DNA from: an uncultured Verrucomicrobiae bacterium
Lineage (GTDB): Bacteria; Verrucomicrobiota; Verrucomicrobiia; Chthoniobacterales; UBA10450
Assembly: GCA_963772365.1 (NCBI GenBank)
Contig: CAVYXA010000005.1
Coordinates: 96,001 to 160,000 of the forward strand
DNA length: 64,000 bases
Reading direction: 5' to 3'
The translations under genes and the position numbers were made by a program. Under the pieces are notes generated by a model. The model was not told the DNA's origin and made no database searches. It saw nothing but the letters and a program-made list of their open reading frames with translations. Positions 52,509 to 62,400 of the stretch are shown piece by piece; within the stretch, counting starts at the first letter, position 1; each line of letters begins with the position of its first letter.

Positions 52509-53348
52509 ATGCTCATTGACTGGTTCACCGTCGGCGCGCAGGCGCTCAACTTCCTCATCCTAGTGTGGTTGATGAAGCGCTTTCTTTACAAGCCCATCCT
52601 CCACGCCATCGACGCGCGGGAGAAGCGGATCGCCGCAGAACTCGCGGACGCCGATGGGAAAAAGGCCGAGGCGCAAAAGGAGCGCGACGAGTTCCAGCAC
52701 AAGAACGAGGAGTTCGACCAGCAGCGCGCCGCCCTTTTGAGCAAAGCAACGGACGAGGCGAAAGCCGAACGTCAGCGGCTTCTCGACGAAGCGCGGAAAG
52801 CGGCCGACGCCTTAAGCGCGAAGCGAGGAGAAACGCTGAGGACCGATGCGCGCAACCTAAGTCAGGCCGTCAGTCGCCGAACGCAGGAGGAAGTGTTCGC
52901 CATCGCGCGAAAGGCGCTGACAGATCTCGCCACAACGAGTCTGGAAGAGCGGATGGGCGAAGTGTTCACTCGACGGCTGCGCGAGATGGATGGCAAGGCG
53001 AAAGCCAGCCTCGCCGGGGCCCTTAAGACGGCGTCCGAACCCGCGCTCGTGCGCAGTGCGTTTGACCTGCCGGCAGAACAGCGCGCGGCGATACAAAATG
53101 CGCTCAACGAAACCTTCTCGAGCGAAATAAAACTCCGGTTCGAGACCGCGCCAGACCTCGTCAGCGGGATCGAACTCACCACCAATGGACAAAAAGTAGC
53201 TTGGAGCATCGCGGATTATCTGGCGTCCCTGGAAAAGGGCGTCGGCGAACTTCTGAAAGAGAAGGACAAACCTGAAGCGAAAGCCGATTCAAAGCCCGAA
53301 GGTAAAGCTGAGCCAAAACCGGAGGCTAAACCCAAGCCCAAAGCCTGA
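52509..53348 (+). CDS. atpF: N-ATPase b subunit (b-delta-like fusion)
   Basis: IDWFTV.AQ..NFL, a long coiled coil, GIEL...G..V.WS...YL. Confidence 0.92.
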   Translation: MLIDWFTVGAQALNFLILVWLMKRFLYKPILHAIDAREKRIAAELADADGKKAEAQKERDEFQHKNEEFDQQRAALLSKATDEAKAERQRLLDEARKAADALSAKRGETLRTDARNLSQAVSRRTQEEVFAIARKALTDLATTSLEERMGEVFTRRLREMDGKAKASLAGALKTASEPALVRSAFDLPAEQRAAIQNALNETFSSEIKLRFETAPDLVSGIELTTNGQKVAWSIADYLASLEKGVGELLKEKDKPEAKADSKPEGKAEPKPEAKPKPKA

Positions 53349-53431
53349 AGCCAAAACCGAACCTGGGCATCACAAAATCACAACACTTTCCCCTCCGAGT
53401 AACGGAGACGGAAAACCAGAAAGAAAAAACA

Positions 53432-53794
53432 ATGAAAACAAGAGTAATTCAATTCACGCTGTCTCTCGCCCTAGTCGCGGGGCTCGGCTTGTCCGTTGCA
53501 GTGGCCGCCGAGGAGTCTCAGGCTGCGCTCAAAGCGCAAGCGAAGATCACTCAGGAAGAGGCCGCAAAGACCGCTCTCGCCAAAGTTCCAAACGGAAAGA
53601 TTAAAGCAGCCGAACTCGAAAAAGAGCACGGCAAGCTCATTTGGTCGTTCGACATTGCCATGCCGAAATCCACAAACATCACCGAGGTTCAGGTGGACGC
53701 AAAGACCGGTAAGATCGTTTCCACTCAGGTCGAGACGCCGATAGACCAAGCAAAGCGGCCGCCGACAAGAAAGCGAAGAAGTAGCGAGTTATAG
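53432..53794 (+). CDS. Secreted PepSY-domain protein inserted in the ATPase operon
   Basis: Signal peptide; ITQEEAAKTAL..VP.G.I...ELE, EVQVDAKTGKI. The last ~15 codons are probably frameshifted (the alternative frame reads AAADKKAKK*). Confidence 0.85.
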   Translation: MKTRVIQFTLSLALVAGLGLSVAVAAEESQAALKAQAKITQEEAAKTALAKVPNGKIKAAELEKEHGKLIWSFDIAMPKSTNITEVQVDAKTGKIVSTQVETPIDQAKRPPTRKRRSSEL

Positions 53795-53881
53795 CCACTG
53801 GTGATTACTACACGAGCGGCTTTCAATTCAATTAGGACCTACCTGTGCGTAAACAAGCCGGTAAAACCGATTGGAACAACA

Positions 53882-53980
53882 ATGAGTCGAGCCGAGCATT
53901 CAATTAACTCAGACATCCGAAGCAAGGTTCCGGCTGTTACCTTGGCCTTCTGGCTCATCAAAATTTGTGCGACCAAATAA
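53882..53980 (+). pseudogene. N-terminal stub of a COG4705/DUF347-type membrane protein
   Basis: [44 protein letters not shown] is recognised as the start of that family. Confidence 0.7.
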
Positions 53981-53987
53981 AGAGCCA

Positions 53988-55625
53988 ATGAGCGCTGCGC
54001 CTGAGAGTTTGCAGAGCGTCTTCGATCGTACGTTCGCTGGAATCGATCAGGCGTGGGGAGCCTTCACACCGAAATTGACGCCGCGCGAAGTAGGCACGAT
54101 CAGCAGCGTCTCCACGGGGATCGCCCGGGTTTCCGGTCTTCCCGGCGCGGGCTTCGAGGAGCTGCTTAAATTTCCCGGGGCTGTGTTCGGCATCGCGTTC
54201 AATGTGGATGAGGACGAAATCGGCGTCGTGCTGCTCGGCGAATACTGGCATCTACACGCAGGCGATGAAGTCGAGCGCACGGGTCGGGTCATGGACGTGG
54301 CCGTGGGCGAGGGCTTACTTGGACGTGTGATTGATCCGCTCGGTCGACCACTCGATGGCAGGGGGCCCGTGACCGCCAGCGATCGCTTGCCCATCGAACG
54401 CCCCGCTACAGCGATCATGGATCGCGCGCCCGTCACTGTGCCACTTCAGACCGGACTCAAAGTCATCGATGCGCTCATTCCCATTGGGCACGGCCAGCGC
54501 GAGCTGATTTTGGGTGACCGCCGAACGGGCAAGACGGCCATTGCAATCGACACTATCCTCAACCAGCGCGGCCGGAATGTCGTGTGTGTCTATTGTGCCA
54601 TCGGCCAGCGCGCTTCCGCCGTCGCGAAGGCCGTGGCCGGCTTGCGGGAGAAGGGCGCGATGGATTACACCGTCGTGGTCGTGACCGAAGGCAACGACCC
54701 GCCCGGTCTGGCTTACATCGCTCCTTACGCCGCGACCAGCATCGCGGAGCATTTCATGGAAGCGGGCCGCGACGTGCTCATCGTTTATGACGACCTCACC
54801 CATCACGCGCGCGCCTATCGCGAGCTTTCTTTGCTACTGCGTCGGCCACCCGGTCGCGAAGCTTTCCCCGGAGACATCTTCTACATCCACTCGCGGCTGC
54901 TCGAACGCGCCACGCACTTGCGTAAGGGACTCGGCGGCGGCTCGCTCACCGCGCTGCCGATTATCGAAACCGAAGCGCAAAACATTTCTGCCTACATTCC
55001 GACCAATCTGATCTCCATCACCGATGGACAGATTTATCTCTCGCCGTCGCTATTCGAATTGGGCGTGTTGCCCGCGGTCGATGTCGGAAAATCTGTTTCA
55101 CGCGTCGGCGGCAAGGCGCAGCGGGCGGCCTACCGCGCGGTGGCAGGCGACCTGAAGCTTGCCTACGCACAATTTGAGGAACGCGAAGTCTTTTCCCGAT
55201 TCGGCGCCCGGCTGGATGAAGAAGCCCGCAAGATCATCGACCATGGACAGCGCATCCGCGCCTGTCTCGAGCAATCGGAATTCGCGCCGGTATCTGTGCC
55301 TGAGCAAATCGCCGTGCTGCTGGCGTTGACCATGGACCTGTTCGACGACGTGCCGCTTGAGCGGATGAAGGAGGCCGAGCAGGCATTGCGCGAGGCCGCC
55401 GCGAAAATTCCGGCGGACGTAGCCGAGAGATTGGATACCGCCGATAAGTTGAGCGATGACGATCGCAAAACGATCCTCGAAATTGCCCGCCAGGCGCTCG
55501 CCCGTTTCCATCCCAAACCGAAAGGAAAAGCCGAAGCCAAAGTTGGACCTGAACCTCAGCCCAAGCCGAAGGCCCAAACGGAGGTCAAACCAAAGCCCAA
55601 GGCGGTGGGCAAGGAGAAGACATGA
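53988..55625 (+). CDS. atpA: N-ATPase alpha subunit
   Basis: [45 protein letters not shown]. Confidence 0.93.
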   Translation: MSAAPESLQSVFDRTFAGIDQAWGAFTPKLTPREVGTISSVSTGIARVSGLPGAGFEELLKFPGAVFGIAFNVDEDEIGVVLLGEYWHLHAGDEVERTGRVMDVAVGEGLLGRVIDPLGRPLDGRGPVTASDRLPIERPATAIMDRAPVTVPLQTGLKVIDALIPIGHGQRELILGDRRTGKTAIAIDTILNQRGRNVVCVYCAIGQRASAVAKAVAGLREKGAMDYTVVVVTEGNDPPGLAYIAPYAATSIAEHFMEAGRDVLIVYDDLTHHARAYRELSLLLRRPPGREAFPGDIFYIHSRLLERATHLRKGLGGGSLTALPIIETEAQNISAYIPTNLISITDGQIYLSPSLFELGVLPAVDVGKSVSRVGGKAQRAAYRAVAGDLKLAYAQFEEREVFSRFGARLDEEARKIIDHGQRIRACLEQSEFAPVSVPEQIAVLLALTMDLFDDVPLERMKEAEQALREAAAKIPADVAERLDTADKLSDDDRKTILEIARQALARFHPKPKGKAEAKVGPEPQPKPKAQTEVKPKPKAVGKEKT

Positions 55626-56548
55626 GCAATACCACGGAGAGTCTGCGCCGAAAGATCGACAGCGCCGGCGATCTGCAATCCGTTGTCCGCACGATGAAAG
55701 CTTTGGCCGCTTCGAGCATCGGCCAGTACGAAAAATCGGTTCAATCGTTAGGCGACTACAATCGCACCGTGGAGTTGGGATTGGGCGTCTGTTTCCGCGC
55801 TGCCGGTTCAGCGGCGTTGATCACTGGAGAGACAAAACGCACGAATGCAACGGCGATCGGTGCCGTTGTGTTTGGCTCCGACCAGGGATTGGTAGGCCAG
55901 TTTAATGATGTCGTGACCGATCAGGCGGCCAAGACTCTGGGAGCTTTTACCGACAAACCGCAGATCTGGGCCGTCGGCGAGCGCGTTCATGCCCGGTTGC
56001 AGGACGCAGGGCTCCCTCCGGCCGGCCTCTTGGCCGTGCCAAATTCCGTCAAGGCCATCACCCCGCTCGTCGGCCAGATCCTCGTGGAAAGCGAGGCGCG
56101 CCGCGGGCAGGGCGAGGTCGGCGAACTCCACCTCTTCTACAACCGCCTCATCTCCGGAGCGGCCTATGAGCCCGTTAACCAGCGACTGCTGCCGCTGGAC
56201 GAAGCCTGGCGACGCAAGCTGGCGGAACTTCCCTGGCCGACCAAGAACCTGCCCGAAGTCATGGGCGGCAGCACCGCGACATTGCGGGCACTCATCCGCG
56301 AATATCTTTTCGTCTCGCTTTTCCGGGCGTGCGCCGAATCCCTCGCGAGCGAGAACGCGAGTCGCTTGGCGGCGATGCAGCGCGCCGACAAGAATATCGA
56401 CGAGCTACTGGAGGACCTTAACGGGACATTCCACCGTTTGCGCCAGACCGGCATCGACGAGGAACTATTCGACGTTATCTCCGGCTTTGAAGCGTTGTCG
56501 AACGGAGGGAAATCCAAGGAGCGAGGATTCACGGACAAGAGGAATTGA
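55622..56548 (+). CDS. atpG: N-ATPase gamma subunit
   Basis: [37 protein letters not shown]. Confidence 0.93.
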   Translation: MSNTTESLRRKIDSAGDLQSVVRTMKALAASSIGQYEKSVQSLGDYNRTVELGLGVCFRAAGSAALITGETKRTNATAIGAVVFGSDQGLVGQFNDVVTDQAAKTLGAFTDKPQIWAVGERVHARLQDAGLPPAGLLAVPNSVKAITPLVGQILVESEARRGQGEVGELHLFYNRLISGAAYEPVNQRLLPLDEAWRRKLAELPWPTKNLPEVMGGSTATLRALIREYLFVSLFRACAESLASENASRLAAMQRADKNIDELLEDLNGTFHRLRQTGIDEELFDVISGFEALSNGGKSKERGFTDKRN

Positions 56549-56551
56549 ACC

Positions 56552-57397
56552 ATGAACTATCGAAAAGAATTTTTCGTCAGGCTTGGGAGCCATCTCCAGC
56601 TCAAGGATTTCAATCCGTCATTCGCCGACAAGCGCGAAGATAAAAAATCGGCACGTTCGAAGATCAAGAAGCTGCAAAAGCAGATGGACGAGTTGCAGTT
56701 TCAACTCTACGCGGAACAGAAACGTTCACTGCTCATTTGCCTGCAGGCTCCCGATGCGGGTGGAAAGGACGGGGTTGTTAGGCACGTCATCGGCTCGATG
56801 AATCCGCAGGGTTGCCGCGTCGTTAGTTTCAAACAACCGTCGGCCGAGGAACGTGCGCACGATTTTTTGTGGCGCGTTGAATACCAGACTCCGAAGCGTG
56901 GCGAGGTCGTGATTTTCAACCGCTCGCATTACGAAGATGTGCTCATCGTGCGAGTGCATCATTTGGTTGCCAGAAGGATCTGGTCGAAGCGCTACGAGGA
57001 GATCAACAACTTCGAGCGACGCCTCGGCGCGGACGGCACGCACATTCTGAAATTCTTTCTGCATATCAGCAAGGAAGAGCAACTGCGCCGTTTCGAGAAG
57101 CGGCTCGATGATCCATTGCGGCGATGGAAAATCAGCGAAGATTACTCGGAAAGAGAATATTGGGGCGATTACGCGGCCGCCTACGAGGACGCGCTCAGCA
57201 AATGCAGCACCGACGACGCGCCATGGTTTGTGATTCCTTCCGATCACAAATGGTTCCGCGATTTGGCGATCTCGCGGATTATTGTTGAGACGATGGAAAA
57301 CCTCGGGATCGAGGTTCCGGAACCGACCGTGAACATTGCCGACATCCGCAGAAAATATCACGAGGCGGTTGAAGAGGTGGAAAAAAGCGGAAAGTGA
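56552..57397 (+). CDS. ppk2: Polyphosphate kinase 2 family (single-domain, class III-like)
   Basis: DAGGKDG Walker A, FKQPS.EE..HDFLWR, FNRSHYE, KFFLHIS.EEQ, APW.VIPSD.KW. Confidence 0.9.
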   Translation: MNYRKEFFVRLGSHLQLKDFNPSFADKREDKKSARSKIKKLQKQMDELQFQLYAEQKRSLLICLQAPDAGGKDGVVRHVIGSMNPQGCRVVSFKQPSAEERAHDFLWRVEYQTPKRGEVVIFNRSHYEDVLIVRVHHLVARRIWSKRYEEINNFERRLGADGTHILKFFLHISKEEQLRRFEKRLDDPLRRWKISEDYSEREYWGDYAAAYEDALSKCSTDDAPWFVIPSDHKWFRDLAISRIIVETMENLGIEVPEPTVNIADIRRKYHEAVEEVEKSGK

Positions 57398-57422
57398 ACT
57401 TGCGATCGCAGGCCCATTTGAA

Positions 57423-59177
57423 GTGAGAAGCAAGAACGTAAGTCCCGATGCGGGAAAACCGGCCGACCAATTCCACCTGGTCGATGTGCCGCGGCTTATC
57501 ACCGCTTATTACACCGACGTGCCGGACCCGGCGGTGCCGGCGCAGCGCGTGGCGTTTGGGACCTCAGGACATCGCGGCTCGTCATTCAAGCGGGCTTTCA
57601 ACGAATGGCACATCCTTGCGATCACGCAGGCGATTTGCCAGTATCGCGCGCAGCACAACATCAGCGGCCCGCTCTTTCTCGGCATCGATACGCATGCACT
57701 TTCGATCCCGGCCTGCGCCACTGCGCTCGAAGTGCTAGCAGCAAATGGAGTCGAGGTGATGCTTGCCGAAGGAGACGAATATACTCCAACCCCGGTTATT
57801 TCCCACGCGATTCTGACTTACAACCGCGGGCGGAAAACCGGCTTGGCCGACGGGATTGTCATCACGCCATCGCACAACCCGCCGCATGATGGCGGTTTCA
57901 AATATAACCCGCCTAACGGAGGGCCGGCGGACAACGCCGTGACCGATTGGATCGAGGCGCAGGCAAATGCGCTGCTGGAAGCTCGCCCCAAAGGAGTGAA
58001 GAGAATTCCCCAGGAACAGGCGTTGCGCGCCTCGACGACGCATCGACACGACTACCTCAATGTCTACATCAACGATCTTGGCAATGTCATCGACCTGGAT
58101 GTTGTTCGCGGCGCAAACCTGCGGCTCGGGGTCGATCCGCTCGGCGGCGCCGGCGTCCATTATTGGGCACGAATCGCCGAGCGCCACGGCTTGAACCTGA
58201 CCGTCGTGAACGCCGCGGTCGATCCCACCTTTCGTTTCATGACGGTGGATTGGGATGGACAGATTCGGATGGATCCATCCTCGCCTTATGCGATGGAGCG
58301 GCTTATCGGGATGAAGGATCACTTCGATCTCTCGTTCGCCTGTGATACCGACCACGATCGGCACGGAATTGTCACGAAAAGCGTTGGGCTTCTTCCGCCC
58401 AATCACTTTCTTGCGGTAGCTATTTCCCAGCTCTTTCAAAACCGTCCTAACTGGCATCCTGAAGCGGCCGTTGGAAAAACCGTAGTGAGCAGCGCGATGA
58501 TCGATCGCGTCACGGCAAAGCTAGGCCGAAGGCTCTTCGAGGTGCCGGTCGGCTTTAAATGGTTCGTCGATGGCTTGCTCGATGGATCGCTCGGTTTTGG
58601 CGGAGAAGAAAGCGCCGGAGCGACGTTTGTCCGTCTGGATGGCAGCGTTTGGACCACGGACAAGGATGGATTCGTTCCTTGTTTGCTCGCTGCGGAAATC
58701 ACCGCGCGGACGGGCCGCGATCCCGGCGAACTCTACCGCGAACTCACGCACGAGTTCGGTGAACTTATCTACGACCGGGTCGAGGCGCCAGCCACTCCGG
58801 AGCAAAAAGAACTGTTATCAAAACTCTCACCGCAGCAGGTGAAACTCAGCGAGCTGGCAGGCGAGAAGATCCAGACTGTCCTAACTCGCGCACCCGGCAA
58901 TAGCGCGCTCATCGGCGGACTAAAGGTGATAGCTGAGAGTGGATGGTTCGCGGCGCGTCCGTCAGGAACGGAAGACATCTACAAGATCTATGCGGAGAGC
59001 TTCCGCGGAGCTGATCATCTCCGCCGCATTCTGGAGGAAGCCCAAACAATCGTTAGCGAGGCTTTGGCCGTGCCGCCGGTACCAAAACGCGACCAAACCC
59101 GCTCGTTGTCCGACCGGCCTCAGATGACTGTCGCGCAAGCTGTAGAGGTTTGGCGCAACGAGGGAGATCCGAACTAG
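57423..59177 (+). CDS. pgm: Phosphoglucomutase (alpha-D-glucose-1,6-bisphosphate-dependent)
   Basis: FGTSGHRG, TPSHNP, DTDHDR, GGEESAG, RPSGTE. GTG 57423 is the likely start. Confidence 0.93.
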   Translation: MRSKNVSPDAGKPADQFHLVDVPRLITAYYTDVPDPAVPAQRVAFGTSGHRGSSFKRAFNEWHILAITQAICQYRAQHNISGPLFLGIDTHALSIPACATALEVLAANGVEVMLAEGDEYTPTPVISHAILTYNRGRKTGLADGIVITPSHNPPHDGGFKYNPPNGGPADNAVTDWIEAQANALLEARPKGVKRIPQEQALRASTTHRHDYLNVYINDLGNVIDLDVVRGANLRLGVDPLGGAGVHYWARIAERHGLNLTVVNAAVDPTFRFMTVDWDGQIRMDPSSPYAMERLIGMKDHFDLSFACDTDHDRHGIVTKSVGLLPPNHFLAVAISQLFQNRPNWHPEAAVGKTVVSSAMIDRVTAKLGRRLFEVPVGFKWFVDGLLDGSLGFGGEESAGATFVRLDGSVWTTDKDGFVPCLLAAEITARTGRDPGELYRELTHEFGELIYDRVEAPATPEQKELLSKLSPQQVKLSELAGEKIQTVLTRAPGNSALIGGLKVIAESGWFAARPSGTEDIYKIYAESFRGADHLRRILEEAQTIVSEALAVPPVPKRDQTRSLSDRPQMTVAQAVEVWRNEGDPN

Positions 59178-59288
59178 TGCACGCAAAGAATTTCTCCGAA
59201 ACAGATCCCCTCGCGGTCAACGGCTCGACCCAGGAGAAATCACCTTCTTGGATTTTCCGTTTCGAGTATAGGAAAACCGCAAATAACA

Positions 59289-59324
59289 AAAAGGTACCGG
59301 ACCCCGTAGGCTCCGGTTCCTTTT
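59289..59324. terminator. Bidirectional terminator-like hairpin after pgm
   Basis: AAAAGG-t-ACCGGA-loop-TCCGGT-t-CCTTTT. Confidence 0.55.
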
Positions 59325-59436
59325 CGACATCTCCTGGAAGTTCAGGAAGCGAAATTACCATGTCGCTCTCTCTGCGGCGCAGAACGACGCCGACTGCGGT
59401 TATTCTGAGGCGAAATTCTCAAGCCCGGTCGACCAT

Positions 59437-59649
59437 ATGAAATACTCACAGTTAAGGCGCGGTCTTTCACCGGAGGAAGCAGCCGCATATGTGGGCAGCA
59501 AAGAACTGTTGCGCCAATTTGAACTGGCGAAATGGCTAAAGCCGTTTATTCGTGGCAATCGGCTCACGAGGTTTGATATTCGAGATTTGGACGGTTGCAT
59601 TGATCGCCTTAAAGCGGGCGAACTGCTTCCAAACGCAAATGCGGCGTGA
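59437..59649 (+). CDS. Excisionase/RDF-like small HTH protein
   Basis: 70 aa; LSPEEAAAYVG...RFDIRDLD resembles Xis/AlpA-type winged HTH proteins. Abuts the integrase. Confidence 0.75.
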   Translation: MKYSQLRRGLSPEEAAAYVGSKELLRQFELAKWLKPFIRGNRLTRFDIRDLDGCIDRLKAGELLPNANAA

Positions 59650-60666
59650 TCAGATCCGAAATGCCTTCATGATTTCGCGATCATCAGGTCGTAATTTCGC
59701 GTAATGCCGCTGCACGACGCGAACGTCGTCGCCAAGCCAGGTCGCAATTCTGTAAATGTCGATGCCCTTGCTCGCGCAGATAGAAGCAAACGAGTGGCGC
59801 ATTACATGTGGACTGATCCAAGGTACGCCCTGCGCTTTCATGTAGTCGGAAAACGCGCGTCGAAAATCGAATCGGTAGCGATGACTGCCCTGCACGACAC
59901 CCGGCTGCAAGACGTACGGGGAACGCAAGCCCCAGTGTTTGAGAAAGTCCGCAAATTGATCCGTTAGCGGTACGGTGCGCGCATCGCGGTCCTTGGGCCG
60001 AAAAGTTGCGGTTGCGCGAATCTCTACCGTTCGCGCTGAGAGATTAAACCACTCGGGGACAGCTTCGATGATTTCCAGCTTTCGCATCCCAGTGTGGAAG
60101 CCGCAGAACAGTACGTACCGCAGATCATCGTTAGGCGCATTTTCTATCAGTCGTTGCGCGAGATCAAAATCGGCAAAGAGAGTCCTGCCCTTTCGATCAA
60201 TCCGATCGAGCTGCACCTCGATTACAGGATTGCGTCGGCATAGATTTTCCTTCGCGCACCAATTGAAGAATGACCGCAGCGTGAACATGTAACTCTCTGC
60301 CGTGCTAGGAGCCACGCGCTTCTTCGCAGCATTGTAGAAAGCTTTGCAGTGATAGCCCGTGACGCTTAGCGGCGGAATGTCGTTCACGGCGTCGGCAAAC
60401 ATTTTCAGACACGAACGTTTACTCTCCGCGCTCATTTTGCTATAGCGATTCGTCTCATACTTGTGTTTCAGGAACCGATCGATCTCGGCGGTAAAAGATT
60501 GCGCCGGTTGCAGATCGGGACTTTCGCTGATTTCCCGCGCACGTTGCAGGGCCGCAACGTAGTCTCCCGTTTCGAGTGAAATGAAGCTCCGACGACCGTT
60601 CACCTGCTTGGCGAACCAATAGGTGCCGCCGCGCAAGTAGACGCCCTTAACTCTGCCTTTGAGCAC
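59650..60666 (-). CDS. Tyrosine recombinase/integrase
   Basis: N-terminal arm-binding-like region (GVYLRGGTYW...ISLET.D...A), TGMR..EI, RPK, HVMRHSFAS, LGD, HY. Confidence 0.95.
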   Translation of the reverse strand: MLKGRVKGVYLRGGTYWFAKQVNGRRSFISLETGDYVAALQRAREISESPDLQPAQSFTAEIDRFLKHKYETNRYSKMSAESKRSCLKMFADAVNDIPPLSVTGYHCKAFYNAAKKRVAPSTAESYMFTLRSFFNWCAKENLCRRNPVIEVQLDRIDRKGRTLFADFDLAQRLIENAPNDDLRYVLFCGFHTGMRKLEIIEAVPEWFNLSARTVEIRATATFRPKDRDARTVPLTDQFADFLKHWGLRSPYVLQPGVVQGSHRYRFDFRRAFSDYMKAQGVPWISPHVMRHSFASICASKGIDIYRIATWLGDDVRVVQRHYAKLRPDDREIMKAFRI

Positions 60667-60850
60667 GCCGACATGCTCGCTTTTGAAAGAGATTCAGCGG
60701 CTCCAGCCAAGGAGCATTTCTTCGGTCTCGTCCAGCGTTCACGTCGTTACGCCGATTCTATGCTGCAACATTTACCTCAATTGCCTATCTTTGCAGACAG
60801 CTTAAATTTCAGCTTTAACAGACTCGTGAAGCGACATGCATTAATCCAGG

Positions 60851-61000
60851 TTGTCACACTTTCAGCCGTGACATTTTCGTCGCATTGTTGTTGAAAAACG
60901 TGACTCGTGCAAAGTACCCTACCGTAAATTACCGTGTTTTACTGTCACATTTTCCTGTCACATTTCGCGATTTTACATGGATTTGCATGGCCTCATATGG
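60851..61000 (+). repeat. Arm-type and 10-bp-phased repeats at the right attachment site
   Basis: TTGTCACACTTT (60851), CTGTCACATTTT (60942), CTGTCACATTTC (60955); TACCGT/TACCGT/TACTGT at 60920/60930/60940; ATGG ending at 60980/60990/61000. Confidence 0.65.
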
Positions 61001-61045
61001 AGTTGTCCACGAAGGAAAAGTTTTTTTCAAGAGGCTCCGGGCACG

Positions 61046-61090
61046 TTGACACGGTAGGGGTCAGAGGTTCGAAACCTCTACCGCGCACCA
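61046..61090 (+). repeat. Right attachment site: duplicated 3' 45 bp of tRNA-Val
   Basis: TTGACACGGTAGGGGTCAGAGGTTCGAAACCTCTACCGCGCACCA, identical to 22855-22899. Confidence 0.97.
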
Positions 61091-61105
61091 GCTCATTCTC
61101 TGTTC

Positions 61106-61678
61106 ATGCCTGATTCATCCGATGTTTTGAAAAGGTCGATTAGTGCGGCGACCAAGACATTTGAATCACTCCTGAACTTGGACGAACCGCTCCAAAAAGC
61201 GGCCGATCTAATTGAAAGATCTCTGCGAAGTGGCCGCAAGTTGCTCGTTTGCGGCAACGGCGGCAGCGCGGCGGATGCGGCTCATTTCGCCACCGAATTT
61301 GTTGTCCGTTTCATCAATGATCGTCCGGCTTATCCGGCAATTTGTCTCGCCGGCGATGGTGGATTGCTCACTGCCGCCGGGAATGATTATGGATTCGACG
61401 AAATCTTTGCTCGCCAGGTCGCAGCGTTAGGAGTTGAAAACGATCTGCTCATTTGCCTCAGCACGTCGGGGAATTCCAAGAATGTGAAGCGGGCGCTGGA
61501 GGAAGCGAAATCGCGCAAACTGAGAACGATCTGTTTTCTGGGCCGCGACGGTGGATCGACTGTCGGAATGTCCGATGTCGATCTTCTCGTCGCTAGTGAT
61601 TCCACTGCGCGAATCCAGGAGGCTCACACGTTTTTGCTACACGTTCTGTGCGAGACTGTCGAAGCTCGTCTGGCCTGA
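61106..61678 (+). CDS. gmhA: Phosphoheptose isomerase (SIS domain)
   Basis: CGNGGSAADA.H...E, GNDYGF...FARQ, STSGNS, RIQEAH. Confidence 0.92.
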   Translation: MPDSSDVLKRSISAATKTFESLLNLDEPLQKAADLIERSLRSGRKLLVCGNGGSAADAAHFATEFVVRFINDRPAYPAICLAGDGGLLTAAGNDYGFDEIFARQVAALGVENDLLICLSTSGNSKNVKRALEEAKSRKLRTICFLGRDGGSTVGMSDVDLLVASDSTARIQEAHTFLLHVLCETVEARLA

Positions 61679-61737
61679 TTGCGGCCCGACTGGAAGAGAA
61701 CAATCGCCTTCATCTTTAACTGGCGTATTCTAGACCA

Positions 61738-62400
61738 GTGCGATCGCAGATTTGTCTGTCCTTCATCGGGATTCTAGCGCTGGTCGCAACGAGCGTTTTA
61801 GCCGGCGAGGATTCCGGTTCGATCAATCCGAAGGAAGGCTGGAACCTCCTTGCCCGGGTTCGAAACATCGCCATCTACAGCCGCCCGCATCCGGGATCTT
61901 CCATCAAAGAATTTGCCGGCGTCGGCATGATCGAAGCTTCCACGCGCACTGTTCGCGCCGTCCTCGATGATTTTGATAATTATCCGAATTTCATGCCGTT
62001 CACGACCGAGTGCCATTTGGTTAAGCGCGAGGGGGAATCGGTCATTGGTTATCAGCGGATTTCACCAGGCATTATCGCCGATCGTGATTATACACTGCGG
62101 GTTTGGAATCAATCGTGGCCAACTTCAAACGGGCTCGTTTTTTTGAGCCAATGGACTTCTGCCAATGAGCTTGGACCGCCCGAAACAGAGGGTGTCGTGC
62201 GGGTTAAAATCTGCAACGGTCACTGGTTACTCGAACCAGACGGAAAAGATAAAACTCGCGCGACCTATTCGGTTTTTACCGACATTGGCGGAGTCATTCC
62301 GGCATTTCTAGCCAACCATGTCAGCAAGACGGGAATCGTGCGCGTGTTTCAAGCGGTCCGGACGCAGGCGAAAAATCCAAAATACATAGATGCAGATTGA
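61738..62400 (+). CDS. Secreted START/SRPBCC-domain protein
   Basis: Signal peptide; D..NYP.FMP, DRDY, G.W.LEP, T..TY...TD.GG.IP. Confidence 0.8.
   Translation: MRSQICLSFIGILALVATSVLAGEDSGSINPKEGWNLLARVRNIAIYSRPHPGSSIKEFAGVGMIEASTRTVRAVLDDFDNYPNFMPFTTECHLVKREGESVIGYQRISPGIIADRDYTLRVWNQSWPTSNGLVFLSQWTSANELGPPETEGVVRVKICNGHWLLEPDGKDKTRATYSVFTDIGGVIPAFLANHVSKTGIVRVFQAVRTQAKNPKYIDAD

Noticed and set aside
61046..61090. Second tRNA-Val gene
   Set aside because: Only the 3' 45 bp are present; there is no 5' acceptor strand, D-arm or left anticodon stem. It is the attachment-site duplicate.
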